Assembly (NCBI RefSeq): GCF_018350175.1
Contig: NC_058368.1
Span: forward strand, 44,580,001 to 44,644,000
Origin: Felis catus
Taxonomy: Eukaryota
Reading direction: 5' to 3'
DNA length: 64,000 nt
The notes under the pieces are model-generated. The model was not told where the DNA came from. It saw nothing but the letters and a program-made list of their open reading frames with translations, and ran no database searches. How positions within the stretch are numbered: position 1 is the first letter of the stretch; each line of letters begins with the position of its first letter. The translations under genes and the position numbers were made by a program. Of the stretch, positions 1 through 11,221 are shown piece by piece.

Positions 1-183
1 GCAGATGACGCAAGAAAAGGTAAAAGCACCACCAAGGGGGGGAAGCAGAGGCTGCAGAAGGATCAGTGCACATACTGCAAGGAGATAGGGCATTGGGCCC
101 GAGATTGTCCGAAATGGGCCGGCTGGAAGGGAAGCAAGACTGATCGAGTAAAAGTCCTAGAGCTGGATGAACTAAGTGATTAG
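1..183 (+). CDS. gag: Gag C-terminus (nucleocapsid), partial
   Basis: Frame 1 reads ...[18 protein letters not shown]...LDELSD* with a single Cx2Cx4Hx4C knuckle; TAG at 181-183 is in frame with pro-pol. Confidence 0.95.
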   Translation, partial: ADDARKGKSTTKGGKQRLQKDQCTYCKEIGHWARDCPKWAGWKGSKTDRVKVLELDELSD

Positions 184-240
184 GGGAGTCAGGGTTCAGA
201 CCCTCTCCCCGAACCCAGGGTAACTCTTAAAGTGGAGGGG
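181..240 (+). promoter_or_regulatory. gag-pol stop-codon readthrough signal (pseudoknot)
   Basis: TAG, 8-nt spacer GGGAGTCA, stem1 GGGTTC(192-197)/GAACCC(211-216), stem2 CCCTC(201-205)/GAGGG(235-239); same layout as the MLV signal. Confidence 0.85.
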
Positions 241-2327
241 ACCCCTATTGACTTTCTTGTCGACACCGGAGCCCAACATTCGGTCCTCCGCACCCCACAA
301 GGAAAACTAGCTAGCAAGAAGTCCTGGGTACAAGGGGCAACTGGTATGAGCCAGTATTCATGGACTACCCGAAGAACAGTAGATTTGGGAACGGGCCGGG
401 TATCCCACTCCTTTATGGTAATACCAGAATGCCCCTACCCGCTGTTAGGACGGGACTTACTGACCAAGATTGGAGCTCAGATAACTTTCAGACAAGGGGG
501 GCCTCAGGTCACCGATGGCAAGGGCCACCCCATCCAGGTCCTGACCATGAAACTGGAGGATGAATACCTCCTCCACCAGGAGGCGCTCCCGAGAGAGGAT
601 AATATAGACAGATGGCTACAAGAATTCCCCTCAGTTTGGGCAGAGACAGGGGGGATGGGACTAGCCGCTCATAGGACCCCAGTCCTGGTAGAGCTCAAGC
701 CAGGAGAGAGTCCGGTAAGGATCAAACAATACCCCATGTCTCAGGAGGCCTGGAAGGGGATCCAGCCACACATCCGGAGACTACGAAGCCTAGGGGTACT
801 AGTTCCTTGCCAGTCTGCCTGGAACACCCCCCTACTGCCGGTCAAAAAGCCTCACACAAATGACTACCGACCGGTACAAGACCTCCGGGAAGTAAATAAG
901 AGGGTCGTGGACATACACCCAACTGTTCCCAACCCATATACTCTCTTGAGCTCCTTAGCGCCCTCCAGGGTCTGGTATACTGTACTAGATTTAAAGGACG
1001 CCTTCTTCAGTCTGCCGCTGGCACCCCAGAGCCAACCCTTGTTCGCCTTCGAGTGGCATGATCCGGAGGAGGGCTACAGTGGACAACTCACCTGGACACG
1101 GCTACCTCAGGGATTCAAAAATTCACCCACCATCTTCGACAAGGCACTACACGAGGACCTGGGTGAGTACAGAAGGGAGCACCCTGGCCTCACCCTTCTA
1201 CAGTATGTAGATGACATCCTGATTGCTGCCGACACTGCCAAAGACTGTGAGCGAGGGACCCAGGACCTGCTGGCTACCCTGGGGGCCTTAGGATACCGGG
1301 CATCCGCGAAGAAGGCTCAGATATGCAGGGAGAGGATCCACCAACAGGACACCAAAATAGAGCAAGTTGTATCTGCCTGCAAGACCTGCCAACTCACCAA
1401 CGCGAGGGCCACATCAAATAAAAAAAAGGAACCAGGCTCAGAGGCACCAGATCGGGAGCCCAATGGGAAGTCGACTTCATTGAAGTCAAACCAGGAAAGT
1501 ATGGTTTTAAATATCTTTTAGTATTTACAGACACCTTCTCTGGCTGGGTGGAGGCATACCCAACCAAGCATGAAACGGCTCAGACGGTGGCTAAGAAGCT
1601 ACTAGAAGACATCTTACCCAGGTATGGTTTTCCTGCCCTGGTAGGATCAGACAATGGACCAGCTTTTATCTCGCAGGTAACACAGGCAGTAGCCAAGGCG
1701 GTGGGGGCAAACTGGAAATTACATTGTGCTTATAGGCCCCAGAGCTCAGGACAAGTAGAAAGAATGAATAGAACCCTAAAAGAGACCCTTACCAAATTAA
1801 CCATGGAGACTGGCGGGGACTGGGTGACTCTCCTACCGTACGCCCTTTATTGGGTTAGAAACACTCCTTACACTCTGGGTTTTACTCCCTATGAGATCAT
1901 GTTTGGCAGGCCACCCCCTGTTATTCCCAGCCTTTGAGCTGAACTTATTGCTGAGTTTAAAGATCAAGAACTTTTTCTTTCCTTGAGCGGGCTCCAGAGG
2001 GCGCACGAGGACATTTGGCCGCGCCTCCGTGCCATCTACGAGGCTGGCCCGATCCCGACACCTCATCAGTACAGGCCGGGAGACTGGGTCTACGTCAAGA
2101 GGCACCACCGAGAGACTCTCGAGCCGCGCTGGAAGGGACCCTACATCGTGGTGTTGACAACCCCCACCGCTCTCAAGGTAGACGGCATCGCGACCTGGGT
2201 CCATCACACCCACGCTCAGCCAGAGGACCCCTCCTCGATCCGGAAGGACTTCGTCACGCGATGGGCCATCAGTTGGGACCAACACAACCCGCTCAAGCTC
2301 AAGCTACAGCGCATTCGACCTACCTAA
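184..2327 (+). pseudogene. pol: pro-pol (protease, partial RT, partial integrase), disrupted
   Basis: [27 protein letters not shown]; jump from KKAQICRER to integrase IHQQD...CKTC at ~1335; frameshift in A8 run 1420-1427; [25 protein letters not shown] at 1935-1937; WKGPY; stop at 2325-2327. Confidence 0.95.
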
Positions 2328-2524
2328 TATTGGTAACTCTGTTAACTCTGCTTGTCATTGCTCATGCTGCCGGGAGTCCCCACGCCCCCCAAAACATCAC
2401 CTGGCAGATCATAGACACCAGCTCGGGGACAATACTTAATCAGACCTCCCAGAGCCATCCCAGGGACACTTGGTTCCCAGAACTTTGCGTAAACCTCCAG
2501 ACTCTGTTCTCCTTGTCACCATAA
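2261..2524 (+). pseudogene. env: Truncated env: signal peptide plus extreme N-terminus of SU (87 aa)
   Basis: ATG 2261 overlapping the pol end; hydrophobic LILVTLLTLLVIAHA then gammaretroviral SPH...NITW...HP..TWFPEL; the rest of SU/TM is absent before the PPT. Confidence 0.88.
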
Positions 2525-2574
2525 ATGCAGCCGGTCCCATGATTGGGTCCGTAAGCTACATGACAAGGGGGGAA

Positions 2575-3013
2575 TGAAAGGGCGGGCCTATGCCAGCCGA
2601 CTCCATCTTGTTCTGTGTCCTTCACCTTGACCACACCTCCTCCCCTTGACTCCATCTTGTTCTGTGTCCTTCACCTTGACCACACCTCCTCCCCTTGACT
2701 CCATCTTGTTCTGTGTCCTTCACCTTGACCACACCTCCTCCCCTCGAGTAAACCCTCCCTCACCTGCCGGACCCTTCCCCAGGACCCCTCCCCAGCCAAT
2801 CGGCTGAGGCCATAGCCATTACCTCACCAACTGCCCCCAGGCCCCAATAAAACCTTTGTCCTTTTGAAACTCGCTCTCTTTCCCTGGTATCTCACCGCTG
2901 CGTCGGTGCAGGTAGGGGATTGAGCTCGAGCTAGCTCGAATAAAGGCTCTTTGCTTTTGCATCGGACTCGGCTCCCTAGTGGTCTTTGGGGATCACGAAT
3001 TCTGGGCATAACA
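2575..3013 (+). mobile_element. 3' LTR of the ERV (~439 bp)
   Basis: PPT AAGGGGGGAA 2565-2574 then TG; CCAAT 2796-2800; AT-rich TATA-like box ~2846; AATAAA 2939-2944; ends ...TAACA at 3013. Confidence 0.92.
2599..2745 (+). repeat. Three tandem 49-bp direct repeats in LTR U3
   Basis: Units start at 2599, 2648 and 2697 (GACTCCATCTTGTTCTGTGTCCTTCACCTTGACCACACCTCCTCCCCTT); only the last base of copy 3 differs. Confidence 0.97.
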
Positions 3014-3484
3014 AAGACATCTATCAACCTCTCAAAGGTTTATAGGAATGAGTAAACAGGCTAAAAAAAAAAAAAAACCCTTTTCAGGGAGTGGGATTAA
3101 CAGGTGGTGTGCTCAGATAGTTGATCAGGAATGTTCTTCTGTGAAGTGAGCTGATTCTCAGGAGGGATTCATAAAGGAGGGACCATAGTTGAGGGGCCTA
3201 GGGAAAAGCGACCAAACATGGATCAAGCCAGGTTACCAAGTATTTTGTCCACATTTCTCAGTAACACAGTTTATGAGCCCAAGCATGGGAATTTGGAAAG
3301 TCTATGTCTAGCCTTATCATTTATAAACAAGAAGGCTATGCATGAATCTTATTTAAGTCACACGGGGATAGTTACTTGCAGTAGGGCATTTCCTAGAACA
3401 CAAAGTGGGGATGGGTGGGGGACTGGCATTTCTTAACTGTTATTTTCCAGGAGCATAAGGCTCAGGTAACATTCAAAATAGTCA
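3014..3484 (-). mobile_element. Older ERV1 LTR fragment (MER39/MER34-like)
   Basis: Reverse complement begins TGACTATTTTGAATGTTACCTGAGCCTTATGCTCCTGGAAAA, resembling the remembered MER39-type 5' end. Confidence 0.6.
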
Positions 3485-3790
3485 GGGGTTAGTTAAGCCA
3501 ATACAAATTCAACTAATCCACAAAAATAAGGTAATTTGTACTCTTAACTAAACCCTTATCCATTGGATGCTTAAACCAAGTCACATATTTCAGAAGGTAA
3601 ACTGCATTCCATGTAATTAATGCACAAGTAATTATTAAACACTTATCTTAAGGTTAAAAATGGAAAACTTTTCTTAGTTTACTTTTTCTTATACAATTTG
3701 CAAACACGTAAACACAAGCATTTTGTCTGCAAAATTACCATATAAATCAGAAGGCTAGGCCTAATGCCTTCCTTAGGAAACAATAATCTT

Positions 3791-4036
3791 TTTTTTTTTA
3801 ATTTTTGTTAACGTTTATTTTTTTTTTAATTTTCTTTAATGTTTATTTTTGAGACAGAGAGAGACAGAGCATGAACGGGGGAGGGTCAGAGAGAGAGGGA
3901 GACACAGAATCTGAAGCAGGCTCCAGGCTCTGAGCTGTCAGCACAGTGCCCGACATGGGGCTCAAACTCAAGGACCCTGATGTCATGACCTGAGCCGAAG
4001 TCGGACTCTCAACCGACTGAGCCACCCAGGCGCCCC
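3791..4036 (-). mobile_element. Felid Can-SINE (SINEC_Fc-like)
   Basis: GGGGCGCCTGGGTGGCTCAGTCGGTTGAG head, CT-rich body, A tail; perfect 15-bp TSD GGAAACAATAATCTT (3776-3790, 4037-4051). Confidence 0.97.
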
Positions 4037-7000
4037 GGAAACAATAATCTTAATAGCAAATCTATTAAGTAAAAATTCTTCCTTAAATTTTAGATTGTCA
4101 GTTAGTTAGAAATAATTTTATATGCTCTGTGATTAAAACTACTTACAAAAAAGAACATGAAATATAGTACATAAGTGAGTTACAATTTAATAGTCCTATT
4201 TAATCTTTTGGGTCTCCTATTACTTTTTTCCATGAACGTGATTTGCTGAAATATACTTGCTTACATCTTATAGGAAGGTTATATTTAATATACATTAACA
4301 AGCATTTAATATGTAATTTTTCTCCATGTTAAGAGTAGAAAATCTTATATTTTTCTACAGTCTCAATATGAAATATATAACAGTTACCTTTATATGCACT
4401 TCATTAGAAACTGTGCAAATCTTAATATATAACTTAACCATTGAAAAAAGAGATGGCAATTAAGGGTACAGAAGAATTAAATCAAATTAAACTGGGGGCC
4501 AAGAAAGTGCACAAACATAAATGGTGGGGTGGTGATTTAGCTACTTGATATTTTGCCTTAGGAAAATTCCAGGAAATGGATTTTTCATTATTTTTTTTTC
4601 TATGTACCTAGAGTTGTGGAAAGAATATAAGAAGCCATTTGCCTTAGATACAAGATTAACTAGACCAAACATAAAAAAGATGCTTACTTCCTTACACTCT
4701 TGCATGTATAATAAATGCTGACTGGAGATTTAATAGCAATAAGAGAGAGAGAGGTATTTTGCCAAATAGGGCTTAAGAAAGTTTATAGGAATCAACTTGC
4801 CTATGTCATGACTAAAAGAAAATCCTCCATAAATTATTCACCCTTTGGGTATCTGAACTAACCAATGAAGAATTGTTGCAGTAACCATTTTCCCAAATGT
4901 GCAGTGTGTGGGAAGGAAAAAATATTACAAATACAGGAATCAACACTTTAAACAAAAATCACAAACAAAACAGCTGGATGGAAGAGTAAATAGAATAATT
5001 AGAACGTTGTCCATCTGGAAAAAGTCTACTACGCTTCCAGTCATCATTCAAGGCTCTCTGAAGTCTTCCCTAATATCTCTAGGCACTCTATGTTTCTTCC
5101 TTGTATTTGTGTTTAGTTTATATAGTATTTGCTATTTCTGCTTTATCTAAGAGATGAAAAAGAATGTATGTAATGAAATAAGTAAGTAAAAGCAAGATAT
5201 GTAGAATATATATTTTGAACGTGGCAAATAAAACTAAATCTTGCCGTATCATCCCCGTTCTTATATTATTTAATAAATAAAGTTAATGTTTGGTCTATGT
5301 TTATAATATAAATTCTTATCTTTAGTGTAACTATGACAACACTCTAACCAAGTAATTTACATACTATTCTACATGGTACACACACCTGAAAATTAAGGGG
5401 ATTGCTGACACTCTTTCTTGCTTTGTAATTTACAAACTTGGTTAAATATCATGCTTCTGAAAACAACTTTAAAAATTGAGCATCTAATGCTCAAAGGGAA
5501 AAAATATGAAAGCTGATATATCCTGAGCAAAGGTATCACATGTTTTGTGACATCTCTGTGCCATATATCAGCACATGACCTTTCTGGCCTACAACATAAG
5601 AAATTAAGAAGTTTAATAATTTCAACCAGCTCAGAAATAACCAGTCATCTCAGCAACTGCTTATATTTTCTACATTCTTTTTGGGGTGCCTGACTTAATT
5701 CTATACAGGGGTCCTTGATCAAGGTCTACATGTAGAAATAATCCAAGCTTTGGAAAGCCTGACATGGTTTACCGAACACGTAAAAGATCTTAAATCTCTA
5801 TAGATTTCTAAATACAAAGTTATGAATAGAAATTTTCATTAAATAACTATAGAAAGCAATCATTACAATTAAAATGGGAAGAAAAAGATTAAAGCCCTGA
5901 ATTTCAGGATCAAATAAAAACACAAATCAGGGATCACACATCCCTCTTGTGATCCCTGTAAACCAACTTTAGTAATTATAGATTTTAGTTCATTTTTGGA
6001 AAAAATATTATGTTAACAATCCTAACCTTGGGATGATGTGCTACTTACTTGTTTTTCAGACATCTGGGGCAGAACAATAGAACATGATTGTTCATCAGTG
6101 TTTTATTTATCCATATATACTTTAAAATAGACAAAATAAATGTGCAGAGTATCTGTTTATACGTATTAAAAATACATATGACATAGGAGTGAAAGAACAG
6201 TATTTTAATTCCAGAGTTTTGAATTGCAAGAAAGATGAATATTTGGACAAAGTTTGTCTTAAGTTTTGGGGCACTGATTACTCTTTCAAAATTTACTTAT
6301 TTGTATTACATGACCATCAATTGAAAGTATAAAGAAATGCTAAAGAGCAATGCAACTTTCAATTAAGAACTCAAATGTTTTACTTGTGTTACACAATCAA
6401 GTACCACTTTTAAAGTGCAGGATGTTTTCCTGTAAAAATGCTTATGCGTTTACATAACTGGATTTCTTTGGTTCTTAGAAAAAAAGAAGCAATGTTGCCA
6501 AGAAAGTTTGTGTTTTTATTTTTAGTATAAATTTAGGTCTATCTGTAGCAAATGTATGTATCCTGCAAAACAGACACGAGTTTATATTTAAATAATCATT
6601 GCCTTAAAACACTTTATAGATTAAAATTTCTGTAACTTTTGATTATATCATTAGTCTGTGAAGTTGAAAGAGTTTCCCAGAAGACCAGATGTATATTTAA
6701 AGTTTTATATCCACATGGTTTGTATAAAATTTGACTTACAATGTGAATTTTTTTCTCTCCTTCTCTGAGGGAAATAGCTCAAATATAATGTCCTCCACAA
6801 AAATGCAACCTACTAAAACACTGTGGAGTTGCTTTGGAATGTTAATAACCTTTTGGAGCTACCACACTAATTTAGCAATCTCTAATAGGAAGGTGCTTTC
6901 ATTATTTTAATTTGTCATATCCCTTTCTTTGAATAGGAAGGTAGATATAGATAATTAGTAAGAAGGGAAAAATAATTACGTAGAATATTGGTAGAATATT

Positions 7001-7039
7001 AGGTAGAATATTAGGTAGAATATTGTTAGAATATTCCCC

Positions 7040-7260
7040 CAATAAAACCAGAGGTGTAAGAAATAAATATTTTCTCGGTAGACAAAGATCTATTACAAAG
7101 GTCATAAAAAGCACTGATAAAAGGAAAAAAATTAAAAAGTGAACTTTGCCAAAATTAAAAATTTCAGTTAATTCAAGAATACCATTAAGAAATGAAGAAA
7201 ACAAAAGGAAAGGAAAGCAAATGAAGAAGTAAGCCACAGCAAGGAAAAAAATACTATTTG

Positions 7261-7300
<40 letters not shown>

Positions 7301-7630
7301 GTGACAAATGACTTATATTCTGAATATATATGTCCACAATATAGAAGACTGTTAAAAATCAGCTATAAAAAATGAAAGCAAAGAATACAAAAAATATGGG
7401 CAAACATTTGAACTTAAACTTCACAAGATACACAAATGACTAACAAACACATAAAAAACACTCAGAATCTTTAAGCATGAGAATAATGCAAATTGAAATC
7501 ACAATGAGCTAGGATGCATAAAGTTAAAAAGTCCACCAGAGCCTTGGTGAAGCTGGGAGTGACTGGAACTCACACACTGCTGGTGAGAAAATTCTCCAAG
7601 TATTTTGGAAAACTATTTGTCATTTCTTAA
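7040..7630 (+). mobile_element. Old L1 ORF2 3' fragment containing (TA)n
   Basis: Decayed L1 motifs (AAAATTAAAAATTTC, GGGCAAACATTTGAAC, ATGCAAATTGAAATCACAATGAG, GGAACTCACACACTGCTGGTG). Confidence 0.7.
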
Positions 7631-8169
7631 CGGTATAACAAAATAACATACTGTTACTACATAAAAATATGGCTTGCACATTTACCTGCTTCATTCTTTC
7701 TGGCACTTTCATGAGATGGAGTTGGAAATTTAGTAGATAGTCTCTTTGAGTTTTATCTTTTCTATTATGTATTTATCTCCTAATAAAAATGGCTATAGAA
7801 GAATAGCTATAAAAGAACTAAGTATAAATGATTAAGCATTTACTAAATGCCAGGCATCACAAATTCTCTTGATGAATGATTTCCTTTAATCCAGCCAGCT
7901 ATTTTTTGAGGTAAATATTATATTTAATCCCATTTGTGCAGATTAGAAACCAGAATATTCTTAAGGTTAAGTTAGTTGTTCAATGTCACACAATTCAAAA
8001 AATTATAGTGATTGAAAGATAGATTAGATGGATTGTATATCTAATTGCTACCTTTCTTTTTCTTTTCATATAAATATACATATTCCCCAAACTTTATTTT
8101 CTAATTATCAAATTTAGTCATCACCCATGTCTGCTGTTAGCAGCATTTTTATTAAAATATATTGCTTTA

Positions 8170-8365
8170 GGGGCACCTGGATGGTACAGAAGGCTAAGTG
8201 TCAGACTCTTGATCTTGGCTCAGGTCATGATCTCATGGTTCGTGAGTTCAAGCCCTGCATTGGGCTCTGCACTGATACTGCAAAGCCTGCTTGGGATTCT
8301 GTCTTTACTTCTCTCTGACTGCCCCCCACCCCGGCTTGTGCTCTCTCTTTCTTAAAATAAACTTA
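8170..8365 (+). mobile_element. Can-SINE
   Basis: GGGGCACCTGG head, GGCTCAGGTCATGATCTC, CT tract, A tail. Confidence 0.92.
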
Positions 8366-8580
8366 AATATATATACATATATTATATAATATATGTATAT
8401 TATATGTATGTATACATATATGTGTATGTAATATACATGTATATATGTATACATATATACGTATATAATATACATACATACGTATATAATATACATATAT
8501 ACGGACATTTACATAATATAATATGTATATTATATATGTACATATATATGTATATTATATACATATATATGTATATATAT
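8366..8580. repeat. (TA/TG/CA)n low-complexity microsatellite
   Basis: Alternating purine-pyrimidine repeats. Confidence 0.95.
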
Positions 8581-8589
8581 TGTTTTGTC

Positions 8590-9200
8590 TTTATTGATAC
8601 ATAATTTATGTTGAATAAAATATACAGATTTTTAGTGGATAGTTTGATAAGATATAATAAATGTGTATACCCACGTAGCCAACAGCCAATTCAAGATAGA
8701 GAACACTTCTATCACCCCAGAAATTTGTCATGCTCTTTTCCAGTCAATCATTACCAGCACTACCACCACCACCACCACCACCCTCACTCACCAAAGGAAA
8801 CAACTGTTCTAATTTCTCTCACCATAGATCGTTTTTGTCTGGTGTTAATCTTTATATAAACAAAGTCATGTCCTACACACTTTTTTGTATGGCTTCTTTC
8901 AATTAACTCTCCTTCCGTGAGATTCTTTCACTTGGCTTTATGCATCAACAGTTCATTTCTTTTGTTGTTGTTATGTAGTATTCACTTGTACAAATACAAC
9001 AATTATTTTTATACTCTTCTCTTGTGACAACTCCATTTTTGCCCATTATGAATAATGTTGCTAGGAAATTCTTGAACGATTCTTTTGGGCACATAGGCCT
9101 TCATTTCTCTTTGGTGAATACCTTGAAGTACAATTTCTGGGTCACATCATTGATAAACACTTAATAGTACAAGAAACTGGCAAAATTCCAATTTCTTTCT
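8590..9200 (-). mobile_element. Old L1 3' end fragment (L1ME-like)
   Basis: TCAAGATAGAGAACACTTCTATCACCCCAGAAA, CAGTTCATTTCTTTT, ATTATGAATAATGTTGCTA are typical antisense L1M 3' motifs. Confidence 0.75.
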
Positions 9201-10152
9201 CTTTTTTTTTTTAATAAATGGAATATTTTCTATAATCTGTCTAAAGATCCTTTGCACGGGACCAGGAGACCAGAGCAGGAGAAAACTATTGACTTGAATA
9301 ACAAAACTAACTTCAGTATTATCCTGGTAAATGTTTAGCAACTGCCTTTTGGGACTAATTGGTATAAATAATCCCATCATAGCCAATATCAAGCCCCCAA
9401 CATAACATCATCAACATCATCAGTCCTCCCAATGGAAGTCAACGTCAGTACCCCCTTGGATCTATCAGGTTATTTCAGGCAACAGAAAAAATAAAATCAG
9501 GCAACTCACTACCAGACTACCTCCTTCCCAAATTTGTCTGTATGAAATAGGTAAATACTAATACTTCCTGAATGCTAACTATATGGCAAGTAACGTCCTA
9601 AATGCTTCAGATGCAATATCTCTGTAAGTCACCTAAAATACAATGTTAAGTACATTTTATTGATGAGGCTCACTTAAGTGAAATGCTTTTCCAAAGTCCC
9701 ACACCTAGTCCTTCACAGAGCTAGCATTTCACTCCAGTCATTCTAGCCAAACTTTCTACTGCATAGATGCCATTCTTCTAGAGATAACACAAGATTTCGT
9801 TTTGTCACTGAACTATTAATTTGTCACTATTTAAAGTCATGATTAAGTTATATTTGATAGATAAATACTTGATATGTAAATTGTTTAACTGCATTTTATA
9901 CAGGCTTTATGAATCCACCTAATATATTATTTGTGGGGGAAAAAACGAGAGATTACAATTATATACAAAGACAAATTTGAAATCTAGAATCAAGCAATCA
10001 TGAGAAAAGAATGACTTTATATTGCATTCAAAAATAATTCAAGTTAAATTACCATGATCTTAAGTCAGTTCTAAAAATGTTTTGGAAAACTGGATAAAAG
10101 ATGTATTTGCTTATTCATAAGATGTCTACATATATAACAAATTGTTGCTTTG

Positions 10153-10186
<34 letters not shown>

Positions 10187-10534
10187 CAACTTCACTACAG
10201 AATAACAATTATGTCTCAAGTGCACCAAAGTTCAGCTCATGGAAAAAACTGAAATATCAGCAGTCCTCAGTAAGAACTGATCCCTGAATGTCAAAGCCCC
10301 AAGCAAGTCTGACTTGTGTAGTCTAGATAAAGGCAGCAGGGAACAGTTAGCCTTGTCAAAAGGCCGTCGGCCCCTAAGGTGCTCATATTAGTAAGAAGAT
10401 ACCCTTCTCACCTTTCACTGCTTTCAACCCGACGTCTTGGAAACTCCCCCGCACACGTAGGAGGCTTCGAACAAAGTTTCTGGCACAGACACGGCTTCAC
10501 GCCAGGAAGAAAAAAAAAGAGGTGGAGACGATTG

Positions 10535-11180
10535 AGCGCCTACGGTGGCTGAAGAGGGACATGCAGAGCAGCCGGCTGCAAGTTAATGGGATTCTTGAAA
10601 CTGTTCGGCGGGCTGGAGGAGTTGCGGCTGCTACAGTGGTACATGGCCTTGTCAGACAAACAACGAAATAAGGTGGCTTGAGAACTTACACGGTCGTTCT
10701 GGCTTGCAAGCTCATGGTGTGCGGCTTCCTGGAGAGAACGGACCTTAAAATCGTCTATAAAAGATATGCCAGCCTCTACCTCTGCTGCGCCTTTGAGCGC
10801 CGGGACAATGAGCTCCTTATGCTGGAGCTGACTCACCGAGGTGGTGAGCTCCTGGACGAATACTTGCCCAGCATGTGCGAGATGGACATCATCTTTAACT
10901 GTGAGAAAGTCTGTTTCATCTAGTATGAGGTTTTGATACGGGAGATGCCCAGGACAGCTTCAAGAAGAGCGTGCTGAAGTCTGTGACTCAGGACGAGTGG
11001 CCACTCAGTTTGCTTTAGGAGACATCTGGTGTAGTCCCGCAGCCTTCAGAGATGTGGAGAGATAGACAGGCAGGACGTGAGTGGCTGCTTCTTGTATGTC
11101 TCTCCAAGAGCCCTTAAAAAGAAAAAAAAAAGTTTATTTTATTTATTTTGAGAGAGGGAGAGCGTGATTGGAGTAGGGGC

Positions 11181-11221
<41 letters not shown>

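Larger units (their letters stand above)
1..3013 (+). mobile_element. Gammaretrovirus-like (ERV1) endogenous provirus, 3' portion (5' part outside window), internally deleted
   Basis: gag CCHC knuckle, UAG readthrough, protease DTGA, RT YVDD, integrase, env stub, polypurine tract and TG...CA LTR in the expected order; CpG-rich relative to flanks, so young. Confidence 0.97.

Noticed and set aside
1833..2285. 150-aa antisense ORF, plus 360-563 and the upstream part of 2015-2524
   Set aside because: Alternative frames of GC-rich retroviral pol; only 2261-2524 has recognisable env features
2599..2745. Direct repeats as a CRISPR array
   Set aside because: Contiguous tandem units without spacers, inside a retroviral LTR in mammalian DNA
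6980..7035. Short tandem GTAGAATATT(A/G) repeats, and small local duplications at ~54383-54425 and ~55084-55120
   Set aside because: Ordinary slippage duplications in or next to L1 relics
10540..10836. 98-aa minus-strand ORF
   Set aside because: Antisense frame of the AP1S1 retrocopy
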